Part shown: piece after piece, positions 52,265-64,000 of the stretch
Numbering within the stretch: position 1 is the stretch's first letter
Layout: every line of letters starts with the position of its first letter
NCBI GenBank assembly: GCA_030390025.1
Contig: CM059439.1
Span: 62,496,001-62,560,000 of the forward strand
DNA: 64,000 bases
DNA from: Squalus acanthias
Taxonomy: Eukaryota
Reading direction: 5' to 3'
Translations under genes and position numbers: made by a program
Notes under the pieces: model-generated
Database searches by the model: none
What the model was told of the DNA's origin: nothing
What the model saw: the letters and a program-made list of their open reading frames with translations, nothing else

Positions 52265-53030
52265 TTCTCAGCATACAAGTAAACTGGGGAACAAATCTCC
52301 CTTCTGGTTTGACTTCAGTTTCCCTGTTATCTATGCATGTTAAAAATATTAACTTGTGGAGGCACTTTCTGCCCCTACAATGAATGCCTTGCAGCTACTG
52401 TTCCCCCTTCCCCCGCAAACAAGTTTACTAAAGAATATTATCACTTTGTGTTTCACATGACAAGACATGCAATCTGTTGAATATTTTGTAGCTCTGGAGT
52501 TTTGTAGATGTACAGTTAAAGCCTGACCGGGGTTTTCCCCCCCATCCCATCCCAAAGTTCTGCTTTAAAAATCTTCACTGATAACTTTGTGTTGTGTGGA
52601 ATCCTGTTACTTGACATTACTCAAAAGTAACCCTTCATACAACAAGGAAGCTGCTGGCACCATCCGATTGCTTTTGTCAAAAGAACAAAATGATTGCGGC
52701 CCCTAATCAATAATTTGGTCATCACTCATGGTGAAGCCAAACCTAGCAATTTCACACTTGGCTGAGTTTTACCGAACTTATGTAGCCTTGTAGTATTACA
52801 GTTATGATGTATTGTTTTATACAAAGAATCCTGGATGATCTAAATGGATATATCAAAGAAATTTACAACCAGTTTCTCTACACCAACACGCAGTTCGTCA
52901 AGTACAGACTGAATTGAATTTTCCACAGGATTGATTTTATTTCTTTCTGGTTCACTCTGCAGTTTGCTTGGAACGAATCTAGTGGTTGTGATTTGTGGCA
53001 TATTGTGCCATAATCAGTAATTAATATGTC

Positions 53031-53036
53031 AATAAA
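53031..53036 (+). terminator. Candidate polyadenylation signal of dmrtb1 (AATAAA; a second at 53361)
   Basis: AATAAA about 770 nt after the stop codon, in repeat-poor AT-rich sequence. Confidence 0.4.
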
Positions 53037-53509
53037 CAGTAAGTGTTTTGAAACGCTTGACCAGTGACTGACACAAGCTCTGGGAGTAGCCAAGAAAATT
53101 GCATTATTTTATCTTAATGTGAAAAATGTTTCTGTCCAACATTAGCACCGGTCCCTGTATCGCAAGCTCTTTTATTATTTCTCTACAGTAATACCAGCCA
53201 CTCATCACCGAAAAGGAAGAAAACCGAATGTTATTCCTGCCAATATTTGAACTTTTAATAATAGCCTTGTCCTTTGGGGAGTGAGCACTGTGTGAACACT
53301 TATGATTTAAAAAAGGCAAAAACATTTTAATATTCCTGATTTTTTTTTTCTTGGAAGAAAAATAAATAAATCACAGTTTCAAATCTTCACTGATCTATAG
53401 CGATTCTGTGGAAGTGCTCTATAGATTTGGACTGTTAGTTATGAACAGTGACCCTACAATGAAACTCCCAAGGTGCAGTATGTGACAGTCAGTACAGTGG
53501 TCAATAATA

Positions 53510-54060
53510 AAAATAGAAAATGCTAGAGACACCCAACAGGTCCATCAGCACGGGAAAGGGAAGGGATAGGGTAATGCTTTGGGTTTTGTTCGACAGGGGA
53601 GCCCTTTATAGAATTGACCAAAATAAGGGTGGGGGGGGGGGGGGGGCAGGTGGCAAAGAGGTCAAAACTACTATGGCAATTACTTTCACACAGACAGCTA
53701 CTATGTTTAATAGCTTGTAAACAGATTTTAAGATGCTGGATGGAGGTGTACCAAGCTGGGTGATATACAAAAGGTCATCTCAGGTCAGACTGTAAAAGGC
53801 ACTAGAAAGACTTAAAATGGGAGTTAAGGAGCTCCAAAATGAAAGGGAATGCAGTGGAATGGGAGGTTCAAGCAGGAATGTCGGGGAGACGGCCAGGGTC
53901 TGATGTTGGTAAAGTCAATGCTCAAACTAGAAGGCTGAAGAGTCTAAGGAAAAGTCAAGATACAGTTCATGAATTTAGCATTGGGCTTCATTGGAACAAT
54001 ATAGGAGGAAAAAGATAGAAAAATCAGAGAGAATGGGTTGAAGTAGCGAGCAGAGATCAG
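53510..54060 (-). mobile_element. Degraded Penelope-like 3' fragment
   Basis: Diverged similarity to 13079-13590. Confidence 0.4.
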
Positions 54061-55173
54061 GATTATGTTAGCAGATAGAAGTAGGAATTCAGCAGTGCAT
54101 TCTGTATTGGTAGCCTTGTACAACTCTCATGCTCATGCATCTGCAGCAGCAGCTATGCAATTTACACAGTACTTTACATCCCTCCCTTGAGGCCATGTAT
54201 AAACTGGGCCCCAGCCTTACATCTTCCATACCTCACTACAAAATATGTAGTGAGGTATGGTATAGTCACACTACTTCAAAGAACTAGATTCCACAATGAT
54301 CCTGAATTTCTACCCTCAACACTGCCCGAGATATGCCATCATACTGCAAAATTTAAAATTCAATTAAAGTGTTGAAAAATGAATAGTTCCATATTAATTG
54401 CACTTGAATTACCATGGTTTTAGCATACAACATACGATTTTTTTTTTTTTGGGGAACAGAAAAGAAGTCATTAGCCCTATCAAGCCTAATGCTTTTTGAT
54501 ACTCGCAATCCCACCTTTTCTTCCTATCCCTCAGTTCCTAGTTCATTGTCCCTTTATACTGTCACCTTCATGGGTTTCTCTTTGGCAACTTATTCTACAA
54601 ATCTAATACTTTAAAATTTTATTCTTTCCTCTTGGCTGATGTTGGATGGTTCTGCAGGTGCCAAGTGTCCTCTGTAAATTTGCCCAAGTGTGAGCCTAGA
54701 TAATAATGGTAGTCTATTCAACCATGGAGGCATAGCAGCCAAACTGTTCTTACTCAAAGTTCACATGCTCACGTTTCAGCAGGAATCATATGAACAGGTG
54801 ATGGCTATTCAGCCCCTTGAGCCTGTTCCACCATTCAATTAGATCATGCGTGATCTGTATCTTAACTCCCATCTGCCTGCCTTGGTTCTGTAAGCCTCAA
54901 TACCCTTGCCGAACAAAAATCTATCAATCTCAGATTTTAAATTGACCTAGCCTCAACAGCTTTTTGGGGGACAGCTTTCCAGATTTACACTACTCCTCAT
55001 GTAAAGAAGTGATTTCTAACATCACCCCTGAATGGCCTGGCTCTAATTTTAAGGTTGTGGCCCCTTGTTCTGAACTCTCCCACTGGAGGAAATAGTTTCT
55101 CTCTATCTACCCTATCAAATCCTTTAATCATCTTAAGCACTTCAATTAGATCACCCCTTAATCTTCTATATTC

Positions 55174-55455
55174 AAAAATGAGAAGTCGCACAACACCAGG
55201 TTATAGTCCAACAGATTTATTTAATTTTACAAGCTTTCGGAGCTGTTCGCTCCTTCCTCAGGTAGAGTAGCAGTGAGAGAATCTCCCAGAATTCACAATA
55301 TAAACACAGAAAAAATCTATTCAAATCTTTCCCTACATCAAAGACACACTAAGAGCACAGCCAAGACAATGAGATGTGTCCCAGGGGGTCCAACGTGTCA
55401 AAACACCTGCTGGCTGCATATCCTGTCAATTTGTGTTGGTTCTTGTGTTAGTCTT
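55174..55455 (-). mobile_element. Solo Penelope pLTR fragment
   Basis: Near-identical start to 58084 (aaaatgagaagtcgcacaacaccaggttatagtccaacag). Confidence 0.8.
55226..55266 (-). ncRNA. Minimal hammerhead ribozyme in the solo pLTR
   Basis: UAC-CUGAGGA-A-GGAGC(GAACA)GCUCC-GAAA-GCUU-GUA. Confidence 0.65.
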
Positions 55456-55741
55456 TTTCAAGGGGACACAAGCCTAGTCTATGCAACCTGTCCTCATACT
55501 TTAACCCTTTTAACCCCAGTATCATTCTGGTGAACCCCCTCCAAGGCCAATAAATGCTTCCGGAGGTGCGGTGTCCAGAACCAAATGCAGTACTCCAGAT
55601 GAGGTCTAACCAGAGCTCTGTACAGCCGTAACATAACTTCCACCCCTTTGTATTCCAGTCTCCTTGAGATAAATATTCCATTAGTCTTTTAAATTATTTT
55701 TTGTACCTGTACTAGCCTTTAGTGATTTTTGTACTTGGACC

Positions 55742-55888
55742 CAATGTTCCCTGTAATTTTTTTGGGTGAGTGCGGCCCCTTTAAGGGGCTGCATGGCCCA
55801 TTCATAGTTTTGCATATGCACGAACTTGAACATTGCAAAAGCCGGTCCCGGGCTGCAAGGGACCGGCAGAGAGCCGCACGGTCACGCA
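55742..55888. mobile_element. Truncated hAT-like MITE
   Basis: caatgttccctgtaa end; 8-bp duplication CTTGGACC flanks the insert inside CR1. Confidence 0.5.
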
Positions 55889-56681
55889 GCTTGGACCCCT
55901 AAATCTCTCTGCTCCTCCACAGTTCCTAGCTTCTCACCATTTTCTTCTGTAGGTCCAAAGTGGATGACCTCACACTTTCCCACATTGAACTCCAACTGCC
56001 ACAGTTTTGCCCACTCTTGGTACATACCCATTATCCCTATTCTCTGGAAAGTGATCACCTATGGGACACCTGGTTGATTTCCCCCCCCCCCCCCCCCCCC
56101 CTTCCCTAGCACAAAAGACATTGATGTTGGTTGTATCACCCTAACTGAAACCCTAGCCTTCATGGAACACAGTGCTTAAGTGTCTTGGGATGTTCCATGG
56201 GGAAAAAATCCTCAAGTCCCACTGCCGATTGTGTCAGATGCTTTTTCTGAATTTCATGCAGGTTGACTTCTCGTGCTACAGTCTGCCTGTCAATCACTCA
56301 GATGTAGCACAAAGAAAGCAAATTGGCATTGCTTTGTTCGGATTGCTAAAGCCTGGATCTTCAGCTACTCAGTTAAATTCCATTATGAATTTTGAAAGGC
56401 TACAAGAGCACCCAGCTCCTCTCCTTTTTAGCTGCCTGTATATTGACCGCCAGCCAGCATAAGCAGCACACTTAGGACTCAGCCTTAACTCAGTCATAGT
56501 CCTCTCACCTCAGAGTCAGAAGGTTGAGAGTGTGAAGCACTTTGGGACGTCCAGAGGTCATGAAAGGCACTATAAAGCCAAGTCCTTTCTCTTACATACA
56601 CGTGGAGGAGGAACAACAGTTTTGAATTTGAAGAGGCAACTTGTTTGGCACAGAGACAGATGATCAGGTAGTGTACCTTTC

Positions 56682-57210
56682 ATAACATAAGAATTAGGAG
56701 CAGGAGTAGGCCATACGGCCCCTCGAGCCTGCTCCGCCATTCAATAAGATCTTGGCTGATCATCGACCTCAGCTCCACTTTCCTGCCCTATCCCCATATC
56801 CCTTGATTCCCCTAGAGTCCCAAAATCTATCTATCTCAGCCTTGAATATACTCAATGATTCAGCATCCACAGCCCTTTGGGGTAGAGAATTCCAAAGATT
56901 CACAACCCTCTGAGTAAAGAAATTCCACCTAATCTCAAGTCGTAAATGGCCGACCCCTTATCCTGAGACTATGCCCCCTAGTTCTAGACACTCCAGCCAG
57001 GGGAAACAACCTCTCAGCATCTACCCTGTCAATCCCCCTCAGGATCTTATATGTTTCAATTAGATCACCTCTCATTCTTCTAAACTCCAGAGTATAGGCC
57101 CAATCTACTCAATCTCTCCTCGCAGGGATCAATCTAGTGAACCTTTGTTGCACGGTCTCCAAGGCAAGTATGTCCTTCCTCAGGTAATGAGACCAAAACT
57201 GTACACAGTT
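56682..57210 (-). mobile_element. CR1 3' fragment
   Basis: cataagaattaggagcagg tail plus RT C-terminal remnant. Confidence 0.8.
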
Positions 57211-57509
57211 CGGTGCTTTATTGTGTATTTTTAGGGGGAGTAGATCTTCAGATTCAGTATGCTATATTTGTTTTTTTATTTTTAAAAGTTGGTTGTCAGG
57301 TTATGAAAAACTATAAAAATCTGAATTTAAAGTTGTGTGTACATTTTTAGGAATGTTTCCTCTCTAAATCATGCTGTTTCACACTAGCTATCAATTGAAG
57401 ACCTGTGCTTGCTTTCCAATATTGCTAAACAAAGAAGAGAGAATGTGTATCTGAAATAACAAAGTTCTCTTAATGGTTCTGTGGGTAAATGCAATGACTA
57501 GTGTGGTAG

Positions 57510-58048
57510 AAATTATAGAAATTTATGGCACAGAAGGACGACATCCAGCTCATCGTGTTTGTGCTGGCCAATAAAGAGCTATCCAGCCTAATTCCACAGT
57601 CCTGTAGGTTACGACTCTTCCAAGTGCATATCCAAGTACTTTTGAAATGCGGTGAAGGTTTCTGCCTCTACCACCTTTTCAGGCAGTGAGGTCCAGACAC
57701 CCACCACTCTCTGGGTGAAAATAAATCTCCTCAACTCCCCTCTAATCCTTAACAATTACTTTATATCTATGCTCCCTGATTATTGACCTCTTTGCGAAGG
57801 GAAATAGGTCCTTCTAATCCACTCTATCTAGGTCCCTCATAATTTTAATACACCTCAATTAAATCGCCCCTCAGCATCCTGTTCCAAAGAAAACAACCCC
57901 AGCCTATCCAATCTTTGCTCAGATAAAATTCTCCAGTCCTGGCAACATCCTCAAATCTCTATACCCTCTCTAGTGCAATCACATCTTTCCTGCAACGTGA
58001 CCAGAACTGTTCGCAGTACTCTAGCTGTGGCCTAACTAGTTTTATACA
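57510..58048 (-). mobile_element. CR1 3' fragment (target of the Penelope insertion; continues at 60213-60260)
   Basis: CR1 tail and C-terminal remnant. Confidence 0.75.
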
Positions 58049-60212
58049 TGATGCGGAGAAGCCGTGTTGGACTGGGGTGGACAAAAATGAGAAGTCGCAC
58101 AACACCAGGTTATAGTCCAACAGATTTATTTAAAATTACAAGCTTTCGGAGCTGTCGCCCCTTCGTCAGGTAAAGGTACAGTGAGTGAATCTACAATATT
58201 ACACAGTATATAAACACAGAAACTGCAGAGATACAATCTTTCAGGGAAGGTGTCCTTACATCAAAGACACACCAGAGCACAGCCCAAGACAATGAGATGT
58301 GTCACAGGGGGTCCAACGTGTCAAATCCTGCTGTCTGCAGTTGAGCTTTCTTTTTGGGTTTTTTTTGTGTTTTTTTTAAAACTGGAAAGACAGACAACGA
58401 TGTCGAGTCACGTTCTGTAGCGTGACATGAACCCGATATCCCTATTGAGGCCGTCCTCATGGGTGTGGAACTTGGCTATCAGTTTCTGCTCGATGATTTT
58501 GCGTTGTCGTGTGTCTCGAAGAACGCTAACCCGCAGATCCGAGGCTGAATGTCCTTGACTGCTGAAGTGTTCCCCGACTGGGAGGTAACAATCCTGCCTG
58601 GCGATTGTTGCGCAGTGTCCGTTCATACGTTGTCTCAGTGTCTGCATGGTCTCGCCGATGTACCATGCTCTGGGGCATCCTTTCCTGCAACGTATCAGGT
58701 AGACAACGTTGGCCGAGTCACATGAGTATGTACCATGTACCTGGTGGGTAGTGTCCTCACGTGTGATGATGGTATCTGTGTTCATGATCTGACATGTCTT
58801 GCAGAGGTTGCCGTGGCAGGGTTGTGTGGTGTCGTGGTCGCTGTTCTCCTGACAGCTGGGTAATTTGCTGTGAACGATGGTACTTTTGAGGTTAGGCGGC
58901 TGCTTGAAGGCGAGTAGTGGAGGCATGGGGATGGCTTTAGCAAGGTGTTCGTCTTCATCGATGACATGTTGAAGGCTGCGAAGAACATGGCGTAGTTTCT
59001 CCGCTCTGAGGAAGTACTGGATGACGTAGGGTACTCTGTTGGTTGTGTCCCGTGTTCGCCTTCTGAGGAGGTCTATGCAGTTTTTCGCTGTGGCCCGTCG
59101 GAATTGTCGATCGACGAGTCGAGCGTCATATCCCGTTCTTACGAGGGCGTCTTTCAGTGTCCGTAGGTGTCCATCGCGTTCCTCCTCGTCTGAGCAGATC
59201 CTGTGTATTCGCAGGGCTTGTCCATAGGGGATAGCTTCTTTAACGTGGTTAGGGTGGAAGCTGGAGAAGTGGAGCACTACACGATAACATCAACAGGTTC
59301 CATCCCACCATCAAACTCACCATGGACTACTCCTCAGAATCGGTCTCATTCTTGGACACACGAATCTCCATCAAAGACGGACGCCTCAGCACTTCACTCT
59401 ACCGCAAGCCCACGGACAACCTCACGATGCTCCACTTCTCCAGCTAAATTACCCAGCTGTCAGGAGAACAGCGACCACGACACCACACAACCCTGCCACG
59501 GCAACCTCTGCAAGACATGCCAGATCATGAACACAGATACCGTCATCACACGTGAGGACACTACCCACCAGGTACATGGTACATGCTCATCTGACTCGGC
59601 CAACGTTGTCTACCTGATATGTTGCAGGAAAGGAAGCCCCAGAGCATGGTACATCGGCGAGACCATGCAGACACTGAGACAACTTATGAACGGACACCGC
59701 GCAACAATCGCCAGGCAGGATTGTTACCTCCCAGTCGGGGAACACTTCAGCAGTCAAGGACATTCAGCCTCGGATCTGCGGGTTAGCGTTCTTCGAGACA
59801 CACGACAACGCAAAATCATCGAGCAGAAACGGATAGCCAAGTTCCACACCCATGAGGACGGCCTCAATAGGGATATCAGGTTCATGTCACGCTACAGAAC
59901 GTGACTCGACATCGTTGTCTGTCTTTCCAGTTTAAAAAAAAACACTAAAAAACCCCCCCCAAAAAAAGCTCAACTGCAGACAGCAGGATTTGACACGTTG
60001 GACCCCCTGTGACACATCTCATTGTCTTGGCTGTGGTCTGGTGTGTCTTTGGTGTAAGGACACCTTCCCTGAAAGATTGTATCTCTGCAGTTTCTGTGTT
60101 CATATACTGTGTAATATTGTAGATTCACTCACTGTACCTTTACCGGACGAAGGGGCGACAGCTCCGAAAGCTTGTAATTTTAAATAACCTGGTGTTGTGC
60201 GACTTCTCATTT
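58049..60212 (-). mobile_element. Penelope-like retroelement, 5'-truncated, with inverted pLTR arrangement
   Basis: RT thumb (AIPYGQALRIHRICS) plus GIY-YIG endonuclease (NVVYLIRC..C..AWYIGET..LRQRMNGH) in ORF 58408-59277; 12-bp TSD TAGTTTTATACA. Confidence 0.92.
58136..58174 (-). ncRNA. Minimal type I hammerhead ribozyme in the Penelope pLTR
   Basis: UUAC-CUGACGA-A-GGGGC(GACA)GCUCC-GAAA-GCUU-GUAA: both core boxes, stems I and II, palindromic stem III. Confidence 0.75.
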
Positions 60213-62010
60213 TAGTTTTATACAGTTCAAGGATAACCTCCCTGTGCTTATATTCTCTGGTACTGAGCCACTCAGACCAGAGATCTGAGGTTTTAATCCC
60301 AGTCTGTGCAGAATTAACAGATCTCAATTAGAGTCACTGCTGTTGGCCTTTGTGCTAATGGACAACAAAGAGGCGGTAATCAGAGAAGGTACATACTTCT
60401 GATTACTATCTAGTAACCCCTGCTGCAAAATGCAAGAGTGCGAAGACAAGATTGTGTTTAGATGTGACACCCTCACACCCACTGCATGCATTATACATGA
60501 AGAATGACCTCTTTGGCAAGGCACTAGATGGTCTGAACACAAGTCACTTCCTTTGAGAGAGGAGGGTAGCAAATTGGCAGGGAGGGGTGAATAAAAGATA
60601 ATATAGGGAAGAAGAAAATACTGTATTCCTCAGGAGAGATAGAAGTAATGGTATTAAGTGATCATTTTTGAATTTCTAAAACTGTAGATTATTACTGTAA
60701 CAAAACTACAGACAAGTGGCAATATTATTGTATTGTGGGATTCTTATATATTTACTTTTAAAGTGGCCAGCCCACAAAATACAGAATTCTCAGTCTAAGG
60801 AATAAAAAGGTGTTCCATTCTCCAGTTCTAACATCCCTCACCTTTTGATTAATAAAAAAAAACCACCAAAAGAAAAACTTGGTGCAGCAGAATGTACAGA
60901 TGTCTCCTGTAAATAAGTTTTGTACACTAAAAAAATTAGTGAATATATATCGAAGTTGCACTGGTTTCAGAAATCAATTTAAATTTTGGAATTGCATTTT
61001 TCTAATTTGAAATAAAAATTGCATAATTTTGAAATCTCATGAACCTGGCAAATCTTGATCCCAAAAATGTGAGCAAAGTTTTACTTTGTATGTCAAACTC
61101 GTGATTAGAGATTTATTTCTGTAGAGATAAAACAATAAATACTTTGAATTTAAAAAATGGAATGATTTGTTCAACTGATGCAAGGAGGTAAGTACCTGGT
61201 GGCATACATCATGTGCAGATTATCCATTATCAAACTCTTAGAAATCTAACCCGGTTAATACAAACCACGAAATGATAGTCTGGGCCAGACTAAGTGGGGT
61301 TGTGGTCTGTAAAATGTTCGGCCAGATCGTTTTAAAGTTGGTTCCTTAACTCCTTCACATAAGTAGTATTGTGTCAAGTAAGGAACTTAAATTACTGCAG
61401 AGTTTAAAATGCATGCCAACGCTACAAAACTGGATCCCCCCCCCCCCCCCCACCCCCCCAGGTGAGTGAAAAGGGATAAACGTTATGATAAAAAAAAAGC
61501 TTTGTAAAACAACAGGCCGCTTTAAAGAGAACTGCAGAATTCGAGAGGCGTTCTTCAGAATATGGCATTTGCAAATCTGTCTCTTCAGTCATTTTAAATG
61601 GATGAGGGCAGGATCCTGGACTGCTATTAAAAAAAATCTATTACCTTTCTCAGCTAGTTGGCTACCCTGTCCTTCGAAGCTTGGAGCAGATCGCGGAGTC
61701 CACTCTCGGGTCTCCGATCTCTTCAGGGCAGCTGTCAATCTAGTTGACTCCCTTAGTGTCTGCTGCCGGTGGGTTTTCGGTGTTCGTTATGGCTATAAAG
61801 CTCGCAGTGAGGATTTATACACAGCTGTCGGAAAATACTGCAAATGAGCTGAGACACCACGGGTCAACTGTCCGTGGACCTAACCACTCTGCTGTCATGG
61901 GAAAATTAGGTCAAAGTCCAGATTCTTGATTTACAATCTCCACTTCAACCTGCAATTAGAGCAGCTTAACCGGTTTACTGGACAACAGCTTTAATCATGT
62001 ATACAAAAGA

Positions 62011-62219
62011 CAAAATACTGCGGATGCTGGAAATGTGAAATACAAACAGAAAATGCTGGAAACACTCAGCAGGTCACGCAGCATCTGTGGTGAGAGAGAA
62101 ACAGAGTTAACGTTTCAGGTCGATGACCCTTCGTCAGAAGGCGAACATTTTCCAGTTCAGACGAAACTGTTTCTCTCGCCACACCTGCTGAGTATTTCCA
62201 GCATTTTGTTTATATTTTA
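62011..62219. mobile_element. Short fold-back Penelope-pLTR-derived element with a hammerhead motif
   Basis: The left arm matches 13079-13195; the right arm is its partial inverse. The - strand at 62104-62140 reads CUGACGA-A-GGGUC(AUC)GACCU-GAAACGUU. Confidence 0.6.
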
Positions 62220-64000
62220 GTTTTAATCATATGTAGTGTATGTGTTCATTCAGTTGGGAGTAAAGTGACGGATATTGAACGTGCTTTCTGTTCTGAAAGT
62301 CTGCAACTAAATTGGACTCTCGACTCTGAACCAGAAGACGAACCTTAGCAGCTGTTACAGCTATTGGGTACCTGGCCAAACACGTCACTCCCGGGGCCAA
62401 ACACATCCCCTCCGATCCCAGTGACCCGCACCCGTGTCACGATTACTGAGCAACCATCCCGATCTCATGCACACTCTCTTTTGCACCTTTTATATTTGAA
62501 GCCAAAATATTTGGAGCCATATGAAAACTTAAATAATCTCGCTAGTAAAGTGTAATGCTCGCCTTTATTATGGACAACTTCACCCAAAATTCCATGTCGA
62601 AATTCTGATTCTGACCCGTTACGTCTCTTTCAATTGAAACCCTTAAGGAGACACTGGGTTTCCCCAGTGACATCAACAACAAAAATTTAACAAAAGTGCG
62701 CCCTTTTCAGAGGGACTCAACTAATAAACTTCCAAATCAGAGAAAAAAGAAACCGTATTATTTTCTGCATCGACTATGCACTCCAGTCCCTGCGGTCTGA
62801 CCCATTAGGACTTTTAAAAGCAATTGATAACGTTTCTCTCTCTGCTAAAGCCCAGTGTCACATTTAAAAGTAACAGCTTGTGTCAGTAGCAAAGGCTGTG
62901 ACTGACGGCCAAAGACAATTGTTAGCGGCAGTAGAAGCGATTTTATTCTGGGAAATCCTCCAGTATGCACCATGGAGCTGGAGCAATCCGAACTGAAGTA
63001 ATTTTGTGCCTCCAATTATTAGAACGAATATTTTTATTTAAAATTAAGAAACCAAAGTGAAAGACCCAAGCAAGACACAGCCAAGATTGAAAGGAATAAT
63101 TGGCTAGGCGACACCAAGCTTGGTTTTTAAAAACCCTGAAGATTGCAGGAGGAAGGAACGACTGATAAGTGCGAGAAGTTGTACAGTTGAGATCCCGAGG
63201 TAGAAGGAGTTAAAGTAAGAGGCAGTGTAATGAACCTGATTTCAACAATGAGGATGGAGAGAGGAGGTAAAAGGTGGAAGAGGACATCGTCAGATCTTAG
63301 TAGGAACCAGGGAGCAAAGACCAAAGTAATAGGACAAGAAAGGTTGCCAGGGAGAGAGGTTTGAGGTTTCCTATGTAGGAGTGCTTAATACACTTTTATC
63401 ATTAATGCTTTCAAACCTCATCCATATGCCCCCGGATAGAATAAAACGTCATTTTGTTTGGATTGACTCAAATCACAGACGATGGCTTGGTTCCCAGGGG
63501 AGCACTTTCTCACGGGTTTCAGGTGTGTGGTTTCCATGAATGTGAAATCAAGCGGCATAAATTCTGCCACTTCGAATCAGCGTTGTTTCCTATGTATTAA
63601 CTAAATGTTGCAGAAGGAGGTGATTGTACGCAATGTCCAGTGCATCGACTGCCCAGAGTGTACTGCTGCAAGGTGAATTATTGTGGGACAAAACCAAAAA
63701 AAATGTTTATAATGCATGCACAAATTTAAACAATGCTTGGTTCGCTCTCAGCTCCATCTGAATAGGAAATAAATAACTAGCCCCTTGTTCCCTATAAAGT
63801 TTTAAACTATATTTCTAGATTTACAATAAAGACAATTAATTATCGTGCACAATTTAACTTTCAGTTAGTGTAGAATGGGAGTTCATTCCTCCCATCGTTA
63901 TTCCCAGTTTAGTTTTATATGAAATATAAAGTGAAAATAGGCAATTAACACAATGTATTTTGAAAATTTAACGCAATCTGCTTTTAAAAAGCGGGATATT

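Larger units (their letters stand above)
54790..56015 (-). mobile_element. CR1 3' fragment carrying nested Penelope pLTR and hAT-like MITE pieces
   Basis: RRLRGDLIEV..TRGHNLKI; continues after the inserts. Confidence 0.8.

Overview
Eukaryotic, repeat-dense vertebrate DNA, most likely a shark or other cartilaginous fish (inferred from the repeats: Deu-domain SINEs, esterase-ORF1 CR1 LINEs, Penelope and Harbinger elements). The one host gene I can support is a complete 4-coding-exon DMRTB1/Dmrt6 on the + strand (23395-23866, 26358-26632, 37523-37670, 52191-52264; 969 nt, 322 aa), reconstructed by hand from GT-AG sites and reading phase. Most ORF-track entries are transposon fragments or shadow ORFs. 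Main highlights: (1) a ~1 kb solo-LTR-like insertion with CCAAT, TATA and a splice donor, 755 bp upstream of the Dmrt6 ATG, which could be an exapted promoter or first exon; (2) a DM domain whose His-Cys zinc-ligand spacing is one residue short; (3) a fold-back Penelope insertion with a 12-bp TSD and minimal hammerhead ribozymes; (4) a young full-length CR1 with a tandem-monomer 5' end, a doubled 3' tail and a near-identical inverted copy in the same intron; (5) two-gene Harbinger transposons with TIR/TSD. Family names come from recognising motifs from memory, not from database searches, and repeat boundaries are approximate unless a TSD is given.
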